Shown: piece by piece, positions 54,204 to 63,126 of the stretch
Layout: each line of letters begins with the position of its first letter
Position numbering within the stretch: the stretch's first letter is position 1
DNA from: an uncultured Bacteroidota bacterium
Lineage (GTDB): Bacteria > Bacteroidota > Bacteroidia > Bacteroidales > WCHB1-69
Reading direction: 5' to 3'
Assembly (NCBI GenBank): GCA_902786595.1
Contig: CADADB010000013.1
Coordinates: 12,225 to 76,224, forward strand
Length of the DNA: 64,000 nucleotides
Program-made: the position numbers and the translations under genes
The notes under the pieces: generated by a model
The model's database searches: none
Told to the model about the DNA's origin: nothing
What the model saw: the letters and a program-made list of their open reading frames with translations, nothing else

Positions 54204-55616
54204 TTAGAATCCAAAGGAAGACCCATCGAAACAGTGCGTACAAATGCGCTCCTTGGGCAATCCTATCGCTTGTGTAATGGTATCCAAGGTATTGAATTTC
54301 AACGTATCCACACCCAGATGCTTGCGGATAATCTCCACCATCTTGGCATATTCAGGCGTGGTGCTGTCCTTGTAGCGATGCAAGTTCTTGTGACTGTCAC
54401 CCTCCAATTCTTCAATGACCCGACGGGTGATGAGTTCCAGCTCCGTCTTGGAAGCCGAAAAGTTGAGGAATTCACAGCCGTAGAGCAATGGAGGACAACT
54501 GATGCGGATATGCACCTCCTTAGCGCCATACTCGTACATCTTTTTCACGTTGTCACGCAACTGCGTGCCCCGCACGATGGAGTCATCACAAAACACGACA
54601 CGTTTGCCCTTCAGCAGGTCGCGGTTGGGCAGCAGCTTCATCCTGGCTACGTGTTCGCGCATCTCCTGAGTGACAGGCATGAAACTGCGAGACCACGTGG
54701 GGGTGTATTTAACGATGGCGCGTTGGTAAGGAATCTGCTTGCCGTTAGAGTATCCGATGGCCATGCCGATACCGGAGTCAGGGATAGGAGCCACAAAATC
54801 GACCTCCGTGTCGTCGGTTTTGCCCATGGCGTAACCGAGCGCATAACGCGCACTCTCCACGTTGATATCCTCATAATTTACAGACGGATAGCCGTAATAA
54901 ATCCACAAGAACGAACAAATCTGCATCTGATAGTTCGGGGCAAGCAGTTGCTGGAAACCGTCAGCAGTCACCTTGACAATCTCTCCCGGCCCCACAAAAT
55001 ACTCGGTCTGGTAATCGAGGTTGGCAAAGCTGTGGTTGTCGAACGCGACAGCATGACCGAAGTCGTTCTTGCCAATCACGATGGGAGTACGCCCATAAAA
55101 GTCGCGAGCGGCAATAATACCGTCCTCCGTCAGAATCAGAATCGAGCAAGACCCCTTTATCTTGCTATACACATATTGGATGCCCTCAACAAAATCGTGT
55201 TTGCGGGTAATCATCAGTGCAACGAGCTCTGTGGGGTTGGTGGTACCGGCACTGAGTTCCGTGAACTGTTGGTTGCAGTCCAAGCACTCTTTTTCCAACT
55301 CGCTGACATTATTGATCTTAGCCACTGTGGAAATAGCGAAACGCCCGAGATGGGAGTTCACCACGATGGGCTGCGCATCTGTGTCGCTGATAACTCCAAT
55401 GCCGGAATTACCGATGAACTTTCCGAGCTCCGCATCGAACTTGGTACGGAAATAGGTGTTCTCAATATTATGAATAGAACGGCGGAATAGTTTGAGATCC
55501 TGATGATAGGTCACTATTCCGCCTCGTTTTGTGCCAAGATGGGAGTGATAGTCCACCCCGTAAAATAAATCCGCAATGCAAGGTTTGGTTGATACAACAC
55601 CGAAAAATCCACCCAT
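54204..55616 (-). CDS. purF: Amidophosphoribosyltransferase-like protein (PurF family) lacking the N-terminal Cys nucleophile
   Basis: The PRTase motif VVFCDDSIVRGTQL is conserved. The N-terminus is MGGFFGVVS where PurF has MCGIVG. An in-frame stop lies 8 codons upstream, so no longer N-terminus is possible. Confidence 0.8.
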   Translation of the reverse strand: MGGFFGVVSTKPCIADLFYGVDYHSHLGTKRGGIVTYHQDLKLFRRSIHNIENTYFRTKFDAELGKFIGNSGIGVISDTDAQPIVVNSHLGRFAISTVAKINNVSELEKECLDCNQQFTELSAGTTNPTELVALMITRKHDFVEGIQYVYSKIKGSCSILILTEDGIIAARDFYGRTPIVIGKNDFGHAVAFDNHSFANLDYQTEYFVGPGEIVKVTADGFQQLLAPNYQMQICSFLWIYYGYPSVNYEDINVESARYALGYAMGKTDDTEVDFVAPIPDSGIGMAIGYSNGKQIPYQRAIVKYTPTWSRSFMPVTQEMREHVARMKLLPNRDLLKGKRVVFCDDSIVRGTQLRDNVKKMYEYGAKEVHIRISCPPLLYGCEFLNFSASKTELELITRRVIEELEGDSHKNLHRYKDSTTPEYAKMVEIIRKHLGVDTLKFNTLDTITQAIGLPKERICTHCFDGSSFGF

Positions 55617-55772
55617 AGGTTTAAGGTTTTTATTTGGTTATTAAAACATTACATGTTGGAAACAAACTGCTTTCAACGGGGTGCAATAATACGCTTTTTA
55701 CAAAAAAAACGACACTTAAATGCCGCTTTTTTTTGAACAAAATTTGTTGATAACGCATCCGTAGCAGGGAAA

Positions 55773-56879
55773 TCACGAAAGCTTTACGATTTCTTCGTAG
55801 ATCAAATCAATCGCGTTCGGCAGTGCGAAACGTTTGATGTTGTCACCTAACGTCTGCATCCGATGCGGATCAGACACCAGCTGCATCAGCGTGGGAACCA
55901 GCTTTTCAGGAGCATCCTTGTCGGCGATGAACAGCGCGGCATCCTTGGTGGAGAGCGCTTTGGCATTAAAAGTCTGGTGATCCTCTGCGGCGTACGGGAA
56001 CGGCACAAGGATGGTGGGTGCCCCCACGATGGCTAATTCCGCAAGTGCGAGAGCGCCTGCCCGCGAGATAATCACGTCCGCCATGCTGTAGGCATCATTC
56101 ATGTTCTTGATGAACGGCACGATGCGGATATGCTCGTCCTGTTGTTTCAACAGCTCAGGGTCGATGTTCTTGTAGAACTGTTCGCCAGTCTGCCACAGCA
56201 GCTGCAAATCGGCCTTGCGGAACTCGTCGAGATGCGCCGCCATGGTCTGGTTGAAGGTGCGGGCGCCGAGACTGCCGCCCACCACCAACACCGTCTTCTT
56301 CTCCGGCGTGAAGTTGAAATACTGGTAAGCATCAGGTTTCTTGCGCTCCAGCTCCAAAATTTCCTTGCGGATAGGGTTTCCCGTCTTGATGATCTTCTCC
56401 GGCGGAAAAAAGCGGTCGAGGCCGTCGTAGGCCACACAGATGGCCTTGGCATTCTTGGCTAGCATCTTGTTAGTAACGCCGGGATAAGAGTTCTGTTCCT
56501 GCAGCAGCGTGGGGATTCCCAGCTGGGAGGCGGCTTTCAGCGCGGGACCGCTGGCAAAGCCCCCCACCCCGATGGCCAAGTCGGGCTGGAACTCACGCAT
56601 GATTTTCTTGGCCTTGCGCATGGCCTGCAACATCACCACCGGCAGACGCAGATTGCACATCAACCCGTTGAGCGATTTCTCCCTGTGGATGCCGTAAATC
56701 TCCAATCCCTCAATAGGATAGCCCGCTTCCGGCACGCGCCGCATTTCCATCTTGTCACTTGCCCCGATAAACAGGATCTTCGCATCGGGATTCTCTGATT
56801 TTATCTTGTTGGCGATGGCCAATGCCGGGAAAATATGCCCGCCGGTGCCGCCACCGCTGATGATGTATCTCTTTTCCAT
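55773..56879 (-). CDS. murG: UDP-N-acetylglucosamine--N-acetylmuramyl-(pentapeptide) pyrophosphoryl-undecaprenol GlcNAc transferase
   Basis: Motifs: ISGGGTGGHIFPALAIA, GVGGFASGP, QEQNSYPGVTN. The start was moved to ATG 56879 (MEKRYII); the longer ORF reads through the promoter and the tandem array. Confidence 0.9.
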   Translation of the reverse strand: MEKRYIISGGGTGGHIFPALAIANKIKSENPDAKILFIGASDKMEMRRVPEAGYPIEGLEIYGIHREKSLNGLMCNLRLPVVMLQAMRKAKKIMREFQPDLAIGVGGFASGPALKAASQLGIPTLLQEQNSYPGVTNKMLAKNAKAICVAYDGLDRFFPPEKIIKTGNPIRKEILELERKKPDAYQYFNFTPEKKTVLVVGGSLGARTFNQTMAAHLDEFRKADLQLLWQTGEQFYKNIDPELLKQQDEHIRIVPFIKNMNDAYSMADVIISRAGALALAELAIVGAPTILVPFPYAAEDHQTFNAKALSTKDAALFIADKDAPEKLVPTLMQLVSDPHRMQTLGDNIKRFALPNAIDLIYEEIVKLS

Positions 56880-56900
56880 AACGGTTTGGTTTTGATGCGG

Positions 56901-56908
56901 CAAAGATA
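56901..56908 (-). promoter_or_regulatory. -7 box (TATCTTTG on minus strand) for murG
   Basis: caaagata at 56901-56908, 22 nt upstream of ATG 56879. Confidence 0.6.
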
Positions 56909-56917
56909 CACTTTTTT

Positions 56918-56956
56918 GACTTAGACTATGACTATGACTTAGACTATGACTTAGAC
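56918..56956 (+). repeat. Tandem array (GACTTAGACTAT / GACTAT units), inverted relative of 11478-11501
   Basis: gacttagactat gactat gacttagactat gacttagac. It contains ctatgacttagactatgactta, the exact reverse complement of 11479-11500. Confidence 0.9.
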
Positions 56957-56997
56957 GCAAAACCGCATCAACGAACCAACGTTGGGAACATTGACTC

Positions 56998-58755
56998 CTA
57001 CTTCACCAGCACCACCCATTCGTAATAATTCATTTCCCAAACGCTATCGGAGGTCATCCGTTTCAATTCCAACTCGTTGAAACAGACCAACAAACTGTCG
57101 GTGCGATAAATCAGCAACTCGTCCTCATGATCCTTTATCCAAGACCTCGAAGGCGACATGTCCGGACAACCAAGTCTTTGCAACTGCTCCCGGAAAATCT
57201 GATTTGCCGAAATTTTCCGGCCGTTTCCAATCGACAGTTGCTCGTCCGCATTGGCTGGGTTTGGTGTCCCGTACATCTTGCTGTAGCCGCTCACATCCAC
57301 AAGTTCGTCAGTCTTGTGCGATAAATAGACCGTGGGTTGTTCCTCCACAATTACAACTTTTTCCTCTAACGATTCTCTGGCTAATTCTTCCGACCATGCA
57401 GAAGCATAACTGGCCGTTTTTTCCGACAATGATGCCAAATAGTCCGACTCCCGGACGATGCCGAATTCGTTTTTCAAGAACATTGTGTCGTTCCTGTCAT
57501 CCAAATAGTCGAGTGACTGGTAAAGCCTGCGGTGTTCAACCATTTGCAATGTGTCGGCCGGGTCGGGCTCGGGAAGTCGCAAGGTGCCGTCGTCGTTCAG
57601 GCGGTCGAGTTGCTTGGCCATTGTGCGCACGCGCTGGACCTGCGCCCGTTGCGCGATCTTCTCGCCACGGAGACTCGGCACCAGCACCGTCAGCAACACG
57701 ACGGCCAACGATCCCGTTGCCAACGCGAAATAGCCACGGCGGTTGCGGAACAGGAACACCAGCACGCACGCCGTCATCAATGCCCCGACCAACAGCAGGT
57801 AGTAACGCGATTCGGTCAGCCCGTAGTCCGCCAAACGACGGGCAACCCCTGTCCAGAAGAGTGCCAGCAGCGGCAAGACGAACAGACTGAAATGGTCGTA
57901 GAACCACTTGAAGGGTTGCGGTTCCGTCAGCATCTGCAACATCTTGGCCAACAAGAAGATCACGAAGAAAACCGTCACCATGATGGCGACCCCGCCCTTC
58001 GGCAAGTTCCAAGTGAAGAGGATTTTGGCGGCATAGACGTAGAGTACCACGGTGTAAATCAACAGCGCGGGCGTGAGCACCCAGTTCAGCAGGACGGCCC
58101 AGAAACGGCGGATCTCAATGGTTTCGGGACGGTCCTCCATGGCGAAGAAGAGCACGGGAGCCAATCCGCAAAATAGCAGCAACGCCGATTGTTCGTACCA
58201 GCCGTCCCAAACTTTGCGAGGGATGTCGAAGAGCGTTTGGATGGTGTAAGCGATGGCGGCATACAGCAGATAGAGGATTCCCGCGATGAGCAACGCCCGC
58301 ACCGCCGACCAGGCCATCTGCACGTTGCGCTGCACAAACGGTTCGTTGTCGGTGAGCCGATGCCGCACACACAACCACAGCGGAAGCGCCGCAAGCACGG
58401 CAATCCAATAGGCGGTTTCCTCCACCCAGTCGAGGAGGAACGGCATGGCGAACCCGGCCACCATCCCCGCGAGCGGCAGCAGGTAGAGCAGCAGCCACCC
58501 GATGCCGCGTTTGCGCAACGGTTGCAGCGAGTAGGCCGCTACCACCATAAACGGCACCAGTGACATCGGCCGGAACCACCACGGCGCCGGCTCGTTTTCC
58601 ACATCAAATATATCCGGATGGGAACTTCCATAACATCCAGCCACGCAGACATATAATAGGATGATAATCTCCACGGGATGTCCCTTCACGGCATCCCACA
58701 CAGCCGCCAGTCCTCGTTGGATTTTCTCTTTTAACGTTATCTTTTCCATATTCAA
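56998..58755 (-). CDS. Polytopic membrane protein (DUF4153-like; unverified) with a soluble C-terminal domain
   Basis: About 11 predicted TM segments in the first ~370 aa, then a ~200-aa hydrophilic tail. GC-rich, like the core genes. Confidence 0.55.
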   Translation of the reverse strand: MNMEKITLKEKIQRGLAAVWDAVKGHPVEIIILLYVCVAGCYGSSHPDIFDVENEPAPWWFRPMSLVPFMVVAAYSLQPLRKRGIGWLLLYLLPLAGMVAGFAMPFLLDWVEETAYWIAVLAALPLWLCVRHRLTDNEPFVQRNVQMAWSAVRALLIAGILYLLYAAIAYTIQTLFDIPRKVWDGWYEQSALLLFCGLAPVLFFAMEDRPETIEIRRFWAVLLNWVLTPALLIYTVVLYVYAAKILFTWNLPKGGVAIMVTVFFVIFLLAKMLQMLTEPQPFKWFYDHFSLFVLPLLALFWTGVARRLADYGLTESRYYLLLVGALMTACVLVFLFRNRRGYFALATGSLAVVLLTVLVPSLRGEKIAQRAQVQRVRTMAKQLDRLNDDGTLRLPEPDPADTLQMVEHRRLYQSLDYLDDRNDTMFLKNEFGIVRESDYLASLSEKTASYASAWSEELARESLEEKVVIVEEQPTVYLSHKTDELVDVSGYSKMYGTPNPANADEQLSIGNGRKISANQIFREQLQRLGCPDMSPSRSWIKDHEDELLIYRTDSLLVCFNELELKRMTSDSVWEMNYYEWVVLVK

Positions 58756-58794
58756 TTGATTCTCATTTCATTCTACAAAAATAAAAATTATCCG

Positions 58795-59613
58795 CTACCA
58801 CGGCTTGTGACGTTTCAAAAAATCCTCTTTCTCCTCTTGGCTGAACGTCTGCGGACCGATAGCACCACCGCCGTATTGGAAAGTGCAATGGTCGTTATAG
58901 GGAATCAGATCCAGATTCTCCATAGCAGTGGATTTCTCTTCGTCCGTCATAGATCGACTGTTGATAATATAATCATACCTTCCCATTCCCACTCGGCGAA
59001 ACCAGATTTTCACCAAATCGGGGGTGGTTTGAGAATATTCTATGCCGATACAGCCCATCTTCTTAAGTCGCTGGCGGATGCCGTCGTATTCCTCCTGTGT
59101 CAGCCCCACCACGCACATCAACGAATCCTTTTTTTCACGCGCCTCTTCATTCCAAAGGTTTGAATAGTGGTCGTCGCCCTCTCCTGCGACATGGAACATC
59201 TCCAGCCTATTCCCCTTGAATTCCAAGGTGACAGCACAACTGTCGGCAACGGCATTTTGGAGATAGCGGTGCAACTCTTCCATTTCAGCATGATGCTTCT
59301 CATAATGCTTGGCCATGATGTCCGGATTGCATTGCCGGTCGGGTGCCACCGCAAGGACATAAACGATCACCAACAGCACATTAAGTCCTCCCCATATCAC
59401 CGCAAGCCGTTGCCAAATATCTCGCCAGCGCAACCCCATGATGAAAAACGCTATCGAAAAACCAATCGCCGGCAGCGTGACCCAACTGAAGATGAAAGCA
59501 ATCAAAAAGCCAACAAAATCGTCAACCCAGAACAAGACAATTATCGCGGTGACAATCGCGAAAGGTATCAGCTTCAAGATTCCGAAAATGGTCGTTTGTG
59601 TTTGCTCTTTCAT
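58795..59613 (-). CDS. Hypothetical membrane protein (3 TM plus a ~170-aa soluble domain)
   Basis: Clean ORF with hydrophobic N-terminal segments. No family recognised. Lower GC than its flanks. Confidence 0.5.
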   Translation of the reverse strand: MKEQTQTTIFGILKLIPFAIVTAIIVLFWVDDFVGFLIAFIFSWVTLPAIGFSIAFFIMGLRWRDIWQRLAVIWGGLNVLLVIVYVLAVAPDRQCNPDIMAKHYEKHHAEMEELHRYLQNAVADSCAVTLEFKGNRLEMFHVAGEGDDHYSNLWNEEAREKKDSLMCVVGLTQEEYDGIRQRLKKMGCIGIEYSQTTPDLVKIWFRRVGMGRYDYIINSRSMTDEEKSTAMENLDLIPYNDHCTFQYGGGAIGPQTFSQEEKEDFLKRHKPW

Positions 59614-59629
59614 AATACTGTATTATTAA

Positions 59630-59944
59630 CTACCACCCACTAATTTGCATACTTATATTTACCCATTCCAGAATGATTATTACGCAAATCGCCATCGTCA
59701 ACGCCAACAATAACGCAATCTTCCATCTTTTCTGTGCAATAGCGAACACGAATGTGGCAAAGCGCAGTATTTTGGCAACAAACAACAGAGCTGCCAGAAA
59801 GGGAGCCACATATAGGTAATTCATAAACTCTTTTCCCGTTTCTAAACATAACCAATTGTCTGTCAGGAAACAGAGCATTACGAACACACTCACCGCCGGC
59901 GCCACCCACCAATATTTCAACATCAAATTGGATATCTCGTTCAT
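59630..59944 (-). CDS. Hypothetical small membrane protein (104 aa, about 3 TM)
   Basis: The ORF fits the 16-nt spacing to the downstream gene and is hydrophobic. No family recognised. Confidence 0.4.
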   Translation of the reverse strand: MNEISNLMLKYWWVAPAVSVFVMLCFLTDNWLCLETGKEFMNYLYVAPFLAALLFVAKILRFATFVFAIAQKRWKIALLLALTMAICVIIILEWVNISMQISGW

Positions 59945-60032
59945 TTTTCTGCTTCTGCAAAATTTTGATTTACATTGATATACAATAATCGGTTTGGGCA
60001 GTTTTCACATTATGGCAGGCTTTGCGCCTCGC

Positions 60033-60395
60033 CTACTCCCAAGCACCCTCTTCTTGAAGATCCCGCATCGACAAATTGAAACGCTTTGTGACCAATGTGT
60101 CTTTCAAAGGGTAACCGTCCTTGTAAAATGTTACAAAGACGGTATTCCCTTTCACGACATAATCTGGCTTGTAATATGGGTCATACGTTGAGATGAATTT
60201 CCTAAAATGCACAGAATCGGTCAGATAAGAAGTGCATATGGATGTTGTTGTTGCATTTCCGGCATCGACTTCATACCATTCCTCGTACAAACCTTCTGAA
60301 ATCTTGGAACTACCCAACGGATGCGACTTGTCCTTCAAATCAATGCATCCAACCAATATAAAAGCACTTGCAACAATCAATATCCGTTTCATCAC
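60033..60395 (-). CDS. Hypothetical lipoprotein (120 aa)
   Basis: Lipoprotein signal MMKRILIVASAFILVGC. No family recognised. Confidence 0.5.
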   Translation of the reverse strand: MMKRILIVASAFILVGCIDLKDKSHPLGSSKISEGLYEEWYEVDAGNATTTSICTSYLTDSVHFRKFISTYDPYYKPDYVVKGNTVFVTFYKDGYPLKDTLVTKRFNLSMRDLQEEGAWE

Positions 60396-60427
60396 TATAC
60401 ACTATCCACTTTATACCTAAAGCTTCA

Positions 60428-60455
60428 ATAACCCATAACCAATAACCCATAACCA
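60428..60455 (+). repeat. Heptanucleotide tandem array (ATAACCM x 4)
   Basis: ataaccc ataacca ataaccc ataacca. It ends 3 nt before the creD stop codon and shares a 20-nt identity with 10259-10278. Confidence 0.9.
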
Positions 60456-60458
60456 TTA

Positions 60459-61808
60459 TTACTCCTTGTACCATTTCACCTTAAGCGACACAAACATCAG
60501 CACCGCCAAAATCACGAAGATACCGAGACTGCCGAACAATAAGGCGTAGGTCTCCATCTGGAGCAATACGTACATAAAGACGTAGAGCAGGAACAACAGC
60601 GCACCCACCATCAGTGCGGTCTTGCGGATTTTCAGGATGCCCGCCAAGTAGCCCGTGATCAGCACGATGGTCATCAGCATGGCGATAAGGTACGACCAAA
60701 GGAAGGGGATATGCTCGCTGAAGGAGAGCAGCAGCGTGTAGAAAACCATCAATGCAGCCCCAATGAGCAAATATTGCACCGGATGGATGGGCGTCTGCCG
60801 GCGGTACTCCACGAAGAAAACCGTGGCGAAGGTGAGGAAAATGAACAGGTAGGCGTACTTCACCGTGCGCGTGGTCTGCTGGTACTGCAGCACCGGCACC
60901 CTCATCATCACCCCGAATTCGTTTTTCTTCATGCTTACGCTGTGCGAGCCCCCTTCTCCGTAGTCCACCCATTGGGTCACCGACTGCCCGAAATCGCGGT
61001 TGAGGGCCAGCACTTTCCACGTCGAGGAGAACCCGCTGTCCGTCACCGTACGCTCGTCCGGCAGGAAGTTGCCCTGGAAGCTCGGCGTGGCGCAGTTGGA
61101 GGTCAGCTGCACGGAGGTGCTGTTGCCCACCGGCAGGAACATCAGCGACTCCGAGCCCTTCAGCGGCAACCGTACGGAGTAGGTTGCGGATACCGAATCC
61201 TGCATTTCACTTACCGGCACGCGGCAGCACAGCACCGAGCCCAGCTCCTCGTCCTTGTCGGACTTCATTGTGTACTCCTTCCCGTTCAGCCGAAGCACCA
61301 CGTTCTCCGAGAGCCCCCGGAAATCGCTCAGCGAAATCAACACCTCCGCCTTCGAAATGTCATAGACAGAGTCCACATACTCCGACAGGTCTGGGAGTTG
61401 CAGATTGCCGTCCAACGTCAGATCAGCGGTATAGACGGTCACATCGAAATTTCCGCGATGCCGTTTCTCCGTCTTAACATCGCCCTTCACATGCAGGGTT
61501 TCGGGCAGAAGATATACATCCTTGTGGTAGTTTTTCCCGGGGATGCGCACCACCGGTCCGATGACCCGTTGCGGCGCACTCCACATCTGCTCCACATCTT
61601 TCTCGGCCTCCACCTGGGTCGCGTTCCGCTCATTCACCACGTGCAGGATGATTTGCTGCGGAATGAGCAGAATAAGGCTGATAAGCCCGATGAGGAGAAG
61701 CTTCAGCAGCATACGGTCGCTGCGTTTCATTCTTGATTTTTCCTGCATGGCAGGTTTTGTTTGTTCTGCTTGCGGTGTCATTACCGCGGTTGTCGTTTCT
61801 GTTGTCAT
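60459..61808 (-). CDS. creD: Cell-envelope integrity inner-membrane protein CreD
   Basis: An N-terminal TM followed by ERNATQVEAEKDVEQMWSAPQRVIGPVVRIP, a large periplasmic domain, and a C-terminal cluster of about 5 TM. The exact start among several Met codons is uncertain. Confidence 0.75.
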   Translation of the reverse strand: MTTETTTAVMTPQAEQTKPAMQEKSRMKRSDRMLLKLLLIGLISLILLIPQQIILHVVNERNATQVEAEKDVEQMWSAPQRVIGPVVRIPGKNYHKDVYLLPETLHVKGDVKTEKRHRGNFDVTVYTADLTLDGNLQLPDLSEYVDSVYDISKAEVLISLSDFRGLSENVVLRLNGKEYTMKSDKDEELGSVLCCRVPVSEMQDSVSATYSVRLPLKGSESLMFLPVGNSTSVQLTSNCATPSFQGNFLPDERTVTDSGFSSTWKVLALNRDFGQSVTQWVDYGEGGSHSVSMKKNEFGVMMRVPVLQYQQTTRTVKYAYLFIFLTFATVFFVEYRRQTPIHPVQYLLIGAALMVFYTLLLSFSEHIPFLWSYLIAMLMTIVLITGYLAGILKIRKTALMVGALLFLLYVFMYVLLQMETYALLFGSLGIFVILAVLMFVSLKVKWYKE

Positions 61809-61881
61809 ATTTTTGGGATTTATTGGTGATTAATCGTTTCTTCATCGTTCATTCATCGCATCATCGTCTTCATCCGTTCCT

Positions 61882-61920
61882 CTACCGAGCTTTTGCCCCC
61901 TATCGGGGCTGCTCAAGGAA
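61882..61920 (+). repeat. Conserved ~38-nt hairpin element, copy 3 of 3
   Basis: CTACCGAGCTTTTGCCCCCTATCGGGGCTGCTCAAGGAA. It is flanked by a TCATCG-rich array (61838-61876) and the ATTCTAC array. Confidence 0.85.
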
Positions 61921-61928
61921 GTAATTTT

Positions 61929-61952
61929 ATTCTACATTCTACATTCTACATT
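61929..61952 (+). repeat. Heptanucleotide tandem array (ATTCTAC x 3.4)
   Basis: attctac attctac attctac att. Confidence 0.9.
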
Positions 61953-61993
61953 AACAAAGTGCTTTGCATTACAAAGTTTCGAGCCAAAAAAAA

Positions 61994-62293
61994 TTAGCCG
62001 CGGCATTCCTTTAAAAAGCGTTCCATCGCGTCAATATGCGCGGCGAAGGCTTCTCTACCCGACTCGGTAATCACATACGTTGTGTTCGGCTTGCGACCGA
62101 TGAACGATTTCTCGCAGCGAATATAGCCAGCATCTTCAAGATGGCGCGTATGGCTCGCCAGGTTGCCGTCGGTGAGCTCCAGCAGCGACTTCAGCGTGGC
62201 AAAATCCGCCGAGCCGCTGGCCACCAGCACCGACATAATGCCCAAGCGAATCTTGCTTTCGAAAACTTTGTTCAAACCATCCAGGATAGCCAT
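61994..62293 (-). CDS. Small winged-helix transcriptional regulator (HTH_34 / ArsR-PadR-like)
   Basis: 99 aa. RLGIMSVLVASGSADFATLKSLLELTDGNLASHTRHLEDAGYI fits a wHTH. It lies 3 nt downstream of a membrane-protein gene. Confidence 0.7.
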   Translation of the reverse strand: MAILDGLNKVFESKIRLGIMSVLVASGSADFATLKSLLELTDGNLASHTRHLEDAGYIRCEKSFIGRKPNTTYVITESGREAFAAHIDAMERFLKECRG

Positions 62294-62296
62294 TAC

Positions 62297-62941
62297 CTAC
62301 TCTTTTTTACTGTCGAACATAATAACGTAGAGAATGCCAAAGAGGATGTGCATCACACTGAAACCGAGGAACCAGAACAACAACGCATGTGACATGGTGA
62401 AACAGTCGATGATGCCAATAATCAATTCCGCATAGCCGAGGTAGCGTAAAGCAGGGTATGTGTAATGACTGCAGTTGACGAGCGCAAGGCCGTAAAACAA
62501 TAGCATAATAGAGGAAGTAAGCCCGTAGTGCCCCTGCATCACTAAGGCCATGCTGAGCAGACCTCCTGCAGCGAGAGGGATGAAGAAGTCAAAGAGCATC
62601 TGAAACATACGCTTGTCAAAAACAAAACGAAGGTTGTGCCGTTTGGACTTCACGATGGCGAGGACAAAGACTGTGAGAAGGGAAAGCGCAAACAGTCCGA
62701 TGGCAATCAGCGCTGCAATACGGATGCGCGAAGGCGTGTTGAGCACGGCGAAGCGTTGCAGATTCTCGAAGCCAGGGAGCCAATCCCCTACCCCGATCAC
62801 CGCTGCCGCCATCGCTGAAGCGACCGCAGCATACAAGCCGATTATAATGATAGACCATCCGCTAACCGCCTGGAAACGTGATGATTTGCTCATCATATCG
62901 CGGATATCGTTCAGTGTCTGTCTGACCTCTTTTTCTTCCAT
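62297..62941 (-). CDS. Hypothetical polytopic membrane protein (first gene of an operon with the wHTH regulator)
   Basis: About 5-6 TM segments and its own -7 box. No family recognised. Confidence 0.55.
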   Translation of the reverse strand: MEEKEVRQTLNDIRDMMSKSSRFQAVSGWSIIIIGLYAAVASAMAAAVIGVGDWLPGFENLQRFAVLNTPSRIRIAALIAIGLFALSLLTVFVLAIVKSKRHNLRFVFDKRMFQMLFDFFIPLAAGGLLSMALVMQGHYGLTSSIMLLFYGLALVNCSHYTYPALRYLGYAELIIGIIDCFTMSHALLFWFLGFSVMHILFGILYVIMFDSKKE

Positions 62942-62964
62942 AATCTTAAAAGTACTTTGCGCCG

Positions 62965-62972
62965 CAAAGATA
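62965..62972 (-). promoter_or_regulatory. -7 box (TATCTTTG on minus strand) overlapped by a 7-1-7 palindrome
   Basis: caaagata at 62965-62972. The palindrome ctttgcg-c-cgcaaag at 62955-62969 overlaps it. Confidence 0.55.
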
Positions 62973-63032
62973 CATTTTTTTTAATATGCAACATTTTATC
63001 CGAAAAAAAAATCAGCAAATTACCACCCTCCC

Positions 63033-63056
63033 ATTCATCATTCATAATTCATCATT
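63033..63056 (+). repeat. Heptanucleotide tandem array (ATTCATM x 3.4)
   Basis: attcatc attcata attcatc att. Confidence 0.85.
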
Positions 63057-63092
63057 AAAAAAAAAGCGGCTAGGAAACTTGCTCCCAGCCGC
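63055..63092 (-). terminator. Intrinsic terminator after the rpoC-DUF3467 unit
   Basis: On the minus strand, agcggctggg-agcaagttt-cctagccgct (10-bp stem, one mismatch) is followed by a 10-nt T-run. Confidence 0.75.
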
Positions 63093-63126
63093 TACAAAAT
63101 TTATAAAAAAGTTGAACGTAGTCTGT

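Noticed and set aside
54234-55490. 418-aa ORF antisense to the purF-like gene. Similar long antisense ORFs lie at 60711..61736 (creD), 12788..13690 (GH20), 42864..43538 and 43869..44438 (uvrC), and 57532..58176 (DUF4153-like).
   Set aside because: All lie entirely inside well-supported genes on the other strand and have no start context or promoter. I treated them as non-coding.
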